A stretch of 64,000 nt of DNA, from positions 34-64,033 of the forward strand of contig JAFVZF010000119.1 of the NCBI GenBank assembly GCA_017508305.1, in the 5' to 3' direction. Under the pieces are notes generated by a model. It did not search any database. It had not been told where the DNA came from and saw only the letters and a program-made list of their open reading frames with translations. Both the position numbers and the translations under genes were made by a program. Source of the stretch: Paludibacteraceae bacterium. Its GTDB lineage: Bacteria; Bacteroidota; Bacteroidia; Bacteroidales; Paludibacteraceae. Each line of letters starts with the position of its first letter. Within the stretch, counting starts at the first letter, position 1. This document shows, piece by piece, positions 54,279-62,800 of the stretch.

Positions 54279-55764
54279 CTATCAGTGTGGTTAGTTTCAT
54301 AGAGTTAGAACCTTTGATGAGCAATGTTTTGCCCGATAGAGGATGCGCTTGCAACCATTCTTTAAACAGAGAGGTCGATGCAAAGCGTGTGCCGATACCT
54401 GTTGTGGTTTCAAAATTTTTGCCCAATAAGTATGCCTCGCCAATGCCCAGCTGCTCCAATAATGACACTACTTTTTGGTGTTCGGTAGCGCTGTCGTCGC
54501 CCAATTCAAACATATCGCCCAAAATAACGGCTTTGCTATCGGTTTGAATCAAAGCAAAGTTGCGCAGTGCCGCTTCCATGCTGGTTGGATTGGCGTTGTA
54601 GGCATCTACAATTAGGGTGTTGCGCTCGGTTTTGGTTAGTTGCGAGCGGTTGTTTTGAGGGGTATAATCGCTCAATGCTTTGACAATTTGCGCAGCAGGT
54701 ACGCCAAAGTAGTGTCCCACGCAGGCTGCCGATAGCATGTTGCTCACGTTGTAGCTACCAATTAATTGGCTATTAACGTGGTAATTGTTGCCGTCGATGT
54801 TTAGGTCGATGTTTACAAAAGGAGTGCAGCTTACCACTTTGCCGTTAACGGGCAGGGCAGGGTTGGTGCCGTATAATTCGGTCACTGAGCTTGTCGAAGT
54901 GCCCGAATTATACGATTCATCGTTTTCTATGTTAGCAAGCATTTCTTTTAGGTGTGCATTATCGGCATCGACAAACACCGTTTTGCCACGGCTTAGCAGG
55001 TTGTGGTAAAGTTCTGCCTTGGTGTTTTTAACGCCCTCAAAACTACCAAAACCTGCCAAATGCGCCTTGCCCACGTTGGTAATAAGCCCTGCATCGGGCA
55101 TTACGATGTTGGCTAAAAACGCAATTTCGCCAGGATGGTTGGCACCTATTTCTATCACTGCCATGTTGTGCTCTTTGGTAAGGCGCAGTAGGGTTAAAGG
55201 CACGCCAATGTGGTTGTTAAAGTTGCCAAGGGTATAGAGTACGTTGTATTTTTTTGCCAATACAGCAGCCACCAACTCTTTGGTGGTGGTTTTGCCGTTG
55301 GTGCCCGTTATGCCTACGATGGGCGTGCCCAATACTTTGCGGTGGTGTGCTGCCAATTGTTGCAGTGCCACAAGGGTGTCTTCTACGTAGATATAGGGTG
55401 ATTCGGTGATTTGGTGATTTGGTGAGTCGATGTTCTGTCCCTGAGCTTGTCGAAGGGTCGATTCACCGATTACTCGGGCTTCGCCCTCATGAAGTTGCTC
55501 ACGCTCGGCATAATCAATGTAAACATTGCTTCTGCTCTCGCTTAATCGCAACTTTAGTCGATTAGTCGATTCATCGGAAGTTAACAACTCTTTGCGCGAG
55601 GTAAGCACGTACTTGCACCCCATCTCTACGGCTTTTTCGGCAAATTCGTTGCCATCAAAGTTTTCGCCCTTAAGGCACACAAACAAATTGCCCGCTTGGC
55701 AGGCACGACTATCGGTGCACACCCCGTTGCATGCCAAATAAGCTTGGTATATAGTTTCGATCAT
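54268..55764 (-). CDS. murF: UDP-N-acetylmuramoyl-tripeptide--D-alanyl-D-alanine ligase carrying in-frame repeat-element insertions
   Basis: 498 aa. CTDSRACQAGNLFVCLKGENFDGNEF, P-loop GITGTNGKTTTKE, IEIGANHPGEI and DAYNANPTSM. Residues about 62-123 are encoded by a composite repeat. Confidence 0.9.
   Translation of the reverse strand: MIETIYQAYLACNGVCTDSRACQAGNLFVCLKGENFDGNEFAEKAVEMGCKYVLTSRKELLTSDESTNRLKLRLSESRSNVYIDYAEREQLHEGEARVIGESTLRQAQGQNIDSPNHQITESPYIYVEDTLVALQQLAAHHRKVLGTPIVGITGTNGKTTTKELVAAVLAKKYNVLYTLGNFNNHIGVPLTLLRLTKEHNMAVIEIGANHPGEIAFLANIVMPDAGLITNVGKAHLAGFGSFEGVKNTKAELYHNLLSRGKTVFVDADNAHLKEMLANIENDESYNSGTSTSSVTELYGTNPALPVNGKVVSCTPFVNIDLNIDGNNYHVNSQLIGSYNVSNMLSAACVGHYFGVPAAQIVKALSDYTPQNNRSQLTKTERNTLIVDAYNANPTSMEAALRNFALIQTDSKAVILGDMFELGDDSATEHQKVVSLLEQLGIGEAYLLGKNFETTTGIGTRFASTSLFKEWLQAHPLSGKTLLIKGSNSMKLTTLIDAL
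54872..54912. repeat. S-type stem-loop inside murF: a perfect 10-bp outer stem (TATAATTCGG/CCGAATTATA) enclosing TCAC-TGAGCTTGTCGAA-GTGC
   Basis: Read directly. Same loop as the copies at 32800-32823, 32850-32873, 33201-33226 (inverted), 55437-55457 and 59802-59840. Confidence 0.85.
55397..55576. repeat. Composite element inside murF: word array (55397-55432), S unit (55437-55457), words, H-core (55470-55552), word array (55553-55576)
   Basis: The H-core differs only slightly from the intergenic copies at 35881-35940 and 51688-51767. The segment that looks inserted spans 186 bp (62 codons), so the murF frame is preserved. Confidence 0.9.
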
Positions 55765-55852
55765 GATTGATGATATTATCGTATAAAACAGCGAATATAC
55801 ACTTTTCCGCTAAAAATTGCGCCATAAAAAAGCGTATTTCTGATAAAACGTA

Positions 55853-55939
55853 GCAAAAGTGTGAAAAACATAGTGATTTCGCCTACTTTTTCACAGGTTT
55901 GCTGTGATTTTTGATAGGAAAGGTGTGAAAAAGTGGTAT
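55853..55939. repeat. Left copy of an 87-bp direct repeat bracketing the ATPase gene
   Basis: gcaaaagtgtgaaaaacatagtgatttcgcctactttttcacaggtttgctgtgatttttgataggaaaggtgtgaaaaagtggtat. It ends 1 nt before the ATPase stop codon and contains GTGTGAAAAA twice plus its inverted copy TTTTTCACAG. Confidence 0.9.
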
Positions 55940-57361
55940 TTATTTAAATAAATCCTCCAGTTTTACCTCCGACTGAATGGAATTCCAATAGGTATTCCGT
56001 TTTAAACCAAATGAGGTAACCATGGTGAGGTGAATGGATTTTGTGGTTTTTGAATATTTTCTAAATATCTCCTTTCTTTCTATCATCCAGTTGTTATAAT
56101 CCTGCGTAATGGCATATTCATGGTTGCTGTATTTCATTTCGCATAAATTGATAATGCCATCTTTGCGATCAATAATCAAATCAATTTGAATTCCTTTGTT
56201 AGAATTGTTTGTTTTTTGGTGCCATGCAGAACATTCTGCATATACTCCCGAGATGCCTAAAGCAGCTTTAATCTGTGGAATATGCCACAAACACAAACGT
56301 TCAAAGGCTAATCCCGCCCAATTGTAATAGATAGGGGAGTCTATGTTATAACTCCAAAAGTTAGCTTCGTGCGATTTGTTCTCTTGTATAAATTGCAGGT
56401 AAAATAATGTAAAATTGTCAATCAATTGATAAATGAGGTTGTTTTTAGGCTTCCCAAAACTATTATAAGAACGAATAAAACCACTTTGTTCCAATTCTAT
56501 CAAGGTGCGCTTAAAAACAGCGTTGTTAGAAAGTTTAGCGGTTTTCAATATTTCGTCCCTTTTCATGCCGTATCTTTTGCTTCCCAGGGCTTTTACTATG
56601 CTAATGTAATTTTCGGGACGCTTAAAGATAGAGGCATATAAGGCATTAAATTCATTTTTGAACGTGGCATTCTCGTAAAAGAATAGACGATCGACGTTTT
56701 GTGCCAAACTCTCTCCCTTACGCAAAAAACTCCAATAGTACGGAATACCTCCCATAATCATATACGCCTCTGCAATATCTTTTGCGGATAACTCGAGATT
56801 TGAAGCTTTAACGTATTCTTGGCAGGCACTGAGTGAGAAAGGTTGAAGGTTGATTTGTTCTGTTACTCTATTATATAGCCCGCCCGTGTTGTTAATGATA
56901 TTGTTTATAATCCACGTAGTAGAGCTACAGCATGTTATAAGTACGACATCTTCGCGTGCACTAAGGTATCCATTCCAGAAGTGCTCCAATGCGCTTACAA
57001 AGCCACTTTGTTTTGCGTCTAACCAAGATAGTTCGTCCAAAAAGATAACTTTCTTTTCGTTTGTTGGCGTTTGTTCTATCAACGAAAGCAAACTCATAAA
57101 GGCTTCGCTCCAATCGCTTGGTCTGCTGTGTTGCTTAGGTAGCCCATAACGTAAAAGCGATAGGTAAAACTCTTTTAATTGTGTACTTTTATTTCCATTA
57201 GCAACTCCTGTGTGCGAGAACAGGAAATTATTTTGGAAGGTTTGTCTAATTAGATATGTTTTTCCAACACGTCTTCTGCCGTAAATGACGCAAAACTGAC
57301 TTTCTTGCTTGTTTAGCAAATTAAGTAAAATGGACTGTTCTTTATCTCTTCCTATTAGCAT
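55940..57361 (-). CDS. AAA-type ATP-binding protein (archaeal-ATPase-like N-terminal domain + DUF234-type C-terminal domain)
   Basis: ATG at 57359-57361 gives MLIGRDKEQSILLNLLNKQESQFCVIYGRRRVGKTYLIRQ (Walker A), then VIFLDELSWL (Walker B). The ORF-track N-terminal extension reads through the flanking repeat. Confidence 0.8.
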   Translation of the reverse strand: MLIGRDKEQSILLNLLNKQESQFCVIYGRRRVGKTYLIRQTFQNNFLFSHTGVANGNKSTQLKEFYLSLLRYGLPKQHSRPSDWSEAFMSLLSLIEQTPTNEKKVIFLDELSWLDAKQSGFVSALEHFWNGYLSAREDVVLITCCSSTTWIINNIINNTGGLYNRVTEQINLQPFSLSACQEYVKASNLELSAKDIAEAYMIMGGIPYYWSFLRKGESLAQNVDRLFFYENATFKNEFNALYASIFKRPENYISIVKALGSKRYGMKRDEILKTAKLSNNAVFKRTLIELEQSGFIRSYNSFGKPKNNLIYQLIDNFTLFYLQFIQENKSHEANFWSYNIDSPIYYNWAGLAFERLCLWHIPQIKAALGISGVYAECSAWHQKTNNSNKGIQIDLIIDRKDGIINLCEMKYSNHEYAITQDYNNWMIERKEIFRKYSKTTKSIHLTMVTSFGLKRNTYWNSIQSEVKLEDLFK

Positions 57362-57420
57362 AGCTGAAGTTTCTTTTAGGCAAATATAAACAAAAATATA
57401 AGAAAGTGAACAAATTTGCG

Positions 57421-57507
57421 GCAAAAGTGTGAAAAACCATGTGATTTTTCCTACTTTTTCACAGGTTTGCTGTGGTTTTTGATAGGAAAGGTGTGAAAAA
57501 GTGGTAT
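57421..57507. repeat. Right copy of the 87-bp direct repeat (upstream of the ATPase gene)
   Basis: gcaaaagtgtgaaaaaccatgtgatttttcctactttttcacaggtttgctgtggtttttgataggaaaggtgtgaaaaagtggtat. Only a handful of mismatches to 55853-55939. Confidence 0.9.
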
Positions 57508-57630
57508 AAACAGGCAATAAAAGATCAACGGCTGTAACTTATCTAAGCTTACATAAATGTTAAACATATATTGAAATTTGTGAATGAAGGCTATTTTAAA
57601 TATTTTTGTACTATAAAATACTGTAATAAT

Positions 57631-58089
57631 ATGAGCACTACGAGTTATAGCAATGGATATAGTGGATTGGCTATCGCGGATTACTTTGTAAAAAAAGCTT
57701 TATCTCAAAATGAATCCATAACTAATATGCAAGTACTTAATATGATGTACTTTGCACAAACATTTGGATTTACAGAATTAAACAGGCGGTTAATTAAAGA
57801 TGAATTTTACGCTTGGCAATGGGGACCTGTTGAGCCTAAAACATACGCGGAATTTCGGAAATATGGAGGTCAAAGTATAAAAGAAATTTCCCATAAAACT
57901 AATAAGGAACTTGACGATATAGAGAGTCAAAAAGATATAAAAGAATTTCTTGATAAAATATATATACTGCGAACAGCAGATCCTTTTGTTCTTAACAAAA
58001 AAACTAACGGTCTTGGTAGCCCATGGGCTGAAACAAACCCTTATGGTGCAATTGACATAAGTCTAATTCGTAATGATTTTATAAAATAA
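57631..58089 (+). CDS. Panacea (DUF4065) domain protein, SocA/GepA-like putative antitoxin
   Basis: ATG at 57631. 152 aa: LAIADYFVKKALSQNESITNMQVLNMMYFAQTFGFTELNRRLIKDEFYAWQWGPVEPKTYAEFRKYG fits the DUF4065 pattern (KLQKLLYFAQ...AWxxGPVxxxVY). AT-rich. Confidence 0.75.
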   Translation: MSTTSYSNGYSGLAIADYFVKKALSQNESITNMQVLNMMYFAQTFGFTELNRRLIKDEFYAWQWGPVEPKTYAEFRKYGGQSIKEISHKTNKELDDIESQKDIKEFLDKIYILRTADPFVLNKKTNGLGSPWAETNPYGAIDISLIRNDFIK

Positions 58090-58460
58090 TGAGCCAGCTA
58101 GATAATTTTATTTCAGAATATGCTAATACGGACCCTAATGTTTCAGTTAGTCCAAGCAAGGTGCAAGAAAGTTTCCAGTTGCTAGATAAAGATTATGAGA
58201 TTTCTCAAAAAATAATAGAATTAGTACAAATTAAAGATAAACTTGCTGATATTGATTTAAAGAAGATTTACGGAATCTGCCTACTTGTAATTTTAGCTTT
58301 ATGGATTATTATGGTGGCATTTATTTGTATTACTTATATCTTTCAGGACTCTCCTCACGTTTCTGATACTGTTCTAATTACATTATTTACGACCACAACA
58401 GCTAATATAGTGGCTCTTCCAACCTTAGTATTAAAGTATTTGTTTCCTATAAAAGACTGA
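58089..58460 (+). CDS. Small two-TM membrane protein, translationally coupled to the Panacea gene (candidate toxin partner)
   Basis: 123 aa. Its ATG overlaps the upstream TAA (TAATG). A soluble ~68-aa N-terminus is followed by IYGICLLVILALWIIMVAFICITYIF and VLITLFTTTTANIVALPTLVL. Confidence 0.6.
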   Translation: MSQLDNFISEYANTDPNVSVSPSKVQESFQLLDKDYEISQKIIELVQIKDKLADIDLKKIYGICLLVILALWIIMVAFICITYIFQDSPHVSDTVLITLFTTTTANIVALPTLVLKYLFPIKD

Positions 58461-58494
58461 AATAAAAAAATCAATCCGGTCAAATAGGTAAAAT

Positions 58495-58525
58495 AAAGGT
58501 TCAGAAGAAATGCTTCTGAACCTTT
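58495..58525. terminator. Bidirectional rho-independent terminator between the convergent TM-protein and LRR genes
   Basis: AAAGGTTCAGAAG-aaatg-CTTCTGAACCTTT. Confidence 0.8.
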
Positions 58526-58560
58526 ATTACATAACTTATTAAGGAAACTTTTACGTAAAC

Positions 58561-59247
58561 TTATGGCTTGGGCAAAAGTTTAATGCAGATATTCTTATAA
58601 ATATTGTGAAATGCGCTAGTCGTAATACCACATGGCAGCTGTCCTACAAAATATACAGTTCTCAAATTTTCGCATGATGCAAACGCCATTGGTTCAATGT
58701 ATTCTACACCATATGGAATGGTAATTTCTGTCCCTTTATAATGGCACAAAGCATATTCGCCAATAATTTTAACTCCTCGCCAGTCTTCTGCAGTAATAGG
58801 GATATTTGTAGAAGCATATATCAATCTTTCGCCAGAATAATCCGTAACGATAATATTTTTTGTTTCTTTGAAGAATCTATTCGGTTCATCTGTTTCTGGG
58901 TTGTCTATGATAATGCTACCTACGGTACAATTGCAAAAGGAGAATCCACTAAAAACTCTTAAGGTAGGAGGCAAATGTAACTCTGTAATATCTCCACCTA
59001 TTGCTGCACCACATATACCTATAACTTGGTACACCTCATTATGATGTTTAACAGCTTCTGGAATACATAACACCGTTCTGCCTTTCTCCTTCTTAACAGC
59101 AGAACTTGTTACCATTGAAACCATAACGCTACCTGCCTTATTATTCTCAGGTTCTTTATCAATAGCATAATGAATCCCGTTCTCATCAAAGGAGCCACCT
59201 CCGCCAAAGGGTACATCTGGTGATAAATTTTTAATCTCGTGTTTCAT
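58561..59247 (-). CDS. BspA-type leucine-rich-repeat (LRR_5) domain protein, no signal peptide seen
   Basis: ATG at 59245-59247 (MKHEIKNLSP). Segments such as IGEYALCHYKGTEITIPYGVEYIEPMAFASCENLRTVYF match the BspA-like LRR pattern. The ORF-track start is a TTG 18 codons upstream. Confidence 0.6.
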   Translation of the reverse strand: MKHEIKNLSPDVPFGGGGSFDENGIHYAIDKEPENNKAGSVMVSMVTSSAVKKEKGRTVLCIPEAVKHHNEVYQVIGICGAAIGGDITELHLPPTLRVFSGFSFCNCTVGSIIIDNPETDEPNRFFKETKNIIVTDYSGERLIYASTNIPITAEDWRGVKIIGEYALCHYKGTEITIPYGVEYIEPMAFASCENLRTVYFVGQLPCGITTSAFHNIYKNICIKLLPKP

Positions 59248-59305
59248 AATGATATATTTTAAGGTTAAACATAAAACCCTACCGTTTCCGGTAGGGTTCA
59301 AGCAA

Positions 59306-59761
59306 TCACATTGTTTTTGTCACTTTGGTTCGATACACCGCTACGGCACCGTATGCCGCTACAAGGGCAAGTAGAAAGGCGGTGGGGGCGTCGAGGGGAA
59401 GAGAGGTACCGTTAGTACATGATTTAATACATGTGGTATTCAATGTACCACATTCTAAAATTTTATCAAAATCATCTCCAGCGGCTTCTTCACATGGACC
59501 TAATACGATTTCCTCGCAACACGTTTGACAATCAGTGGGGTCGCCTTGTACTCCTTCTGTGGTACAATGATAAAGATCGTACTCGCCACTGCCTACAACG
59601 CTATAGCCCTCTATAGAAATACCTGTTCCCATTTGAAAGCTATGGTTTTCGGCAGGACCAGCGTAACCTCTAGAATATGGCGAAGTGGGTAACTTAACAG
59701 CAAAACAAGCAGAGGCAATAGCCCAAACTAACACGCTTATAACTAATCTTATGTTTTTCAT
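59306..59761 (-). CDS. Small Cys-rich secreted/anchored protein with a C-terminal hydrophobic helix plus basic tail
   Basis: 151 aa. Signal peptide MKNIRLVISVLVWAIASAC, nine further Cys (CQTCCEE, PCEE, ECGT, TCIKSC) and the C-terminus SLPLDAPTAFLLALVAAYGAVAVYRTKVTKTM. Confidence 0.6.
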   Translation of the reverse strand: MKNIRLVISVLVWAIASACFAVKLPTSPYSRGYAGPAENHSFQMGTGISIEGYSVVGSGEYDLYHCTTEGVQGDPTDCQTCCEEIVLGPCEEAAGDDFDKILECGTLNTTCIKSCTNGTSLPLDAPTAFLLALVAAYGAVAVYRTKVTKTM

Positions 59762-59801
59762 TTCTTTATAAATTACTTCGAAATTTGACTAATCGGCTAA
59801 T

Positions 59802-59840
59802 CTATTCCGGTCACTGAGTTTGTTGATGTGCCCGGAATAG
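59802..59840. repeat. S-type stem-loop (9-bp perfect outer stem CTATTCCGG/CCGGAATAG) between the giant T9SS gene and the Cys-rich gene
   Basis: ctattccgg-tcactgagtttgttgatgtgc-ccggaatag, preceded by the word fragment gactaatcggctaatc. Confidence 0.8.
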
Positions 59841-59855
59841 ACACCGTATCATCTT

Positions 59856-62800
59856 TTATTTTAAAATTACTTTACCTGTTTTGGTTGCATTATCGCCAAT
59901 TACCTTAACGGTATATACTCCTTGAGTTACAGGAAGATTTAGTTCTACATACTGTCCAGACACGTTATATACAGAGCTTCTACCACTCATGTCGTTTACA
60001 ATAATGGTTTGTAGTTCTACTTCATTATTGCAACTAACTATAATGCGCTGTCCTTTGCTCAATATGTTGATGTTTTTGTCAGATATGCTATCTTCGATGT
60101 CAGTAACCACCTCATCTTCTACTTGTTCTTTTGCGCCAACATTTAAGAAGAAGCGTCCTTCGCAATCGCCTACTTTAAGACCAGTTACCGTGCAAGTTTC
60201 GCCTGCCAATAGGTTATAGGTTTTACCCTCTAGGCGGTCTTCTAACATAACCGTAGCCATATCTGCTTCACTATCCAAAGAGAATACAAAGGTTTGATCT
60301 GCTTCCGATACTCTAATACCCAATGGGATAGGTTCGTCGTAGGTAGGCACTCTTACACCTGCCCATTTTTTGTTGTAACGCATAATGTACAAGTCGGGTA
60401 GTTTTGTTTCTTGTGCGTTAAATACTTTAGGAGCATCGGTATCGTAGTTAATTACGTCGTCTTTTAACCAGTCGATGCTTAGATTTACTGTACTGCTTGC
60501 TTCTGCAGCCTGATTGCTTACAGTAATGCTTACTTCTGGCATGTATTCTGCTATGCTACGATGCTCAGTATTGCTTACCTCAAATGCTTCGGCAGGGATA
60601 GTAAGATCTCCATCCTTACCTGGTGTATATACAAAACCATGTTGGGCAATGATTAGTTCAGTAGCTTCTGCAAGTCTAAATGATTTATCATCATAATCAT
60701 AGATTTGAACTGTACCTCCTGTTTTGCTCTTCATAACATCAATGTTAATATTAGCAGGATAACTGTTGTTTAATAGTACAGGTTGACCTGCAGTTAAGTC
60801 AGTATAGGTAGGCAATGCTCCTTCGTTGGTAAAACGACCATTAAAGGTGTAGGCAATAGGTTGAGTTGCATCGTAAGACGTACTAAAGTATTTGTTGTAC
60901 AACTCTGCCGGGAACATTAAGTTGGTGCCGTACATATCTGGAATTTGAATAGCAAATACCTTGTTAGCAGGAACCTCTATGTTCAAATCTGGGAACGGAT
61001 TTTCCCAAGATACGTTGTTACCGCTCATTTTTGCCTCGTGCATCCAAACATGTGGCAATTGTTTTTCAATAAAGTAGTGACCCGAGAGCATATCGCCAGC
61101 CTTGCCACTTCCATCAAATGGTCTAATAATAGGACCTACTAATATCCATTTGCTGCGTGGAACGATTAATTCGGTACTTGCTTGGGTATAACGTTCGGTT
61201 TTACCTTCTGCTGCCAATTCTTCTACACCAATAAGTGCTGCACCGTATTCCATGGTAATGCCATTTGCCACCTTGGTAGGAGTACTTATTTTACCTTTAC
61301 CTGCCGATACCTCTTCGCCATACCAATCAGCAGTACGTTGGGTAGAGAAGTCATCTTCGTCTGCTATGGCAGGAAGCTTAGGATATTCTGCCACACCACC
61401 TTCTGGTACAGGATATTTGGTAGTATTAGGAGCAGGTATAATTACTTCTAAGTCTTCTGTTAGCACGTCCACACAAGTTACCAACTGACCATTGGGTTTG
61501 TACCAGTTGTTACGGTTGTCCCATTCGGTAGAGGTAGAACCGTGCCAAATAATTCGTGACACTTCTGTACCTTCTCCTTGTTGGTAAGCACCAATGGTGT
61601 ATTCTCCAACGCCCTCCGTGGTGTTAGGATCGTATGGACGAGGATTGCCCAAACGGTCTATCTTTTGCATTTCGGTGGTTAATAATTCTGATGCATCTGT
61701 CTTAATAAAGGCACCGGTATTTAGCGAGTTGCCTTTAATAACCAACGAACCAGGTTCTTCTGGCGATGTTCTACATACCAAGTTTTGAACATTGGTAAAG
61801 GTATTTTCTGTTCCACAACCTGTGCCTAATTCAAAGGCAGAACGGGTTGGTTTAGGATTTTGCGTTTCTTCGTATGCACTCCAGAAGTTGTTGTACTTAA
61901 ACGAACCACACCAATCTGATTCATCCATGGTTTGCAAATAGTGGGATGCTCCACTTGCAGTATTCTTACCATATACGTCTGTATCGTAAGAATAACAGTT
62001 GTTGTAGTCAAACTCTATAGTCTCTGGATCATAATTACCAGTATTACCTGTTTGTTGGCTACCACCTATACGGAAGAAGTCAAAATAGTTATAATAACCA
62101 GCACCTACTGAGTTGTCTTTTAAGAACATGGTATTGTAATAAATACCAATGTTTTGCAGTGGATTATTTGAGCCAAACGAACTTAAACGGATAATGGCAA
62201 CGGTGTTTACATTGGTTTGTACCGCATTTTCGTGCCAGAACACGTTGTTGTAAATAAGAACGCTTTGGGTGCCTTGCAACAGAATAGAGGTAGCGTGCTG
62301 ACCCGTAAAGTTATTGCGCACAAACTTGATGTTCTTACAGTTAATAAACTTAGCAGAAGCACCCCAGTTGGCAGTATTGTCTTTTTCAGTACTGTTTACA
62401 AAATCATACATCGCCTTAAATTCGTTGTTTTCAAAGGTGATGCCATCGTAAGCCGCTACGTGTAAACAGGTAAAGCCATACGACTCTACAAGACAGTTTT
62501 TAATGTTAATATTGGCATCCACTATACCGCCTAATGGAACCGAGTTCCAGTCAGTGCCTAAACCTTCTGTGTTGCCTGTACCTTCGCCGCTATCAATGTC
62601 CATCGCATTGTCTGCATCTGCCACATCTTTAGAAGAACCAGTAAGGTTCAAATAATCCAATGTGATGTTTTTAGAACGACGAATAACTACGTGTTGTAGG
62701 GTAGCACGGGTTGCACTCTTGTCGATAGAACGCACAATAAGCGGTTTGCCTCCGTTGTAGTTTATGTTGCGGAAGAAGATTGCTTTTACTTCTCTCATAT

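Noticed and set aside
54268-55764. murF (and polA, 39329..42241) as pseudogenes because of the repeat insertions
   Set aside because: Both reading frames are uninterrupted. The inserted segments preserve the frame and all catalytic motifs flanking the insertions are intact.
57362-57517. 52-codon N-terminal extension of the ATPase ORF
   Set aside because: It is encoded by the 87-bp flanking repeat and its spacer and has no homology-like features. The ATG at 57361 gives the canonical ...GRDKE...GRRRVGKT N-terminus.
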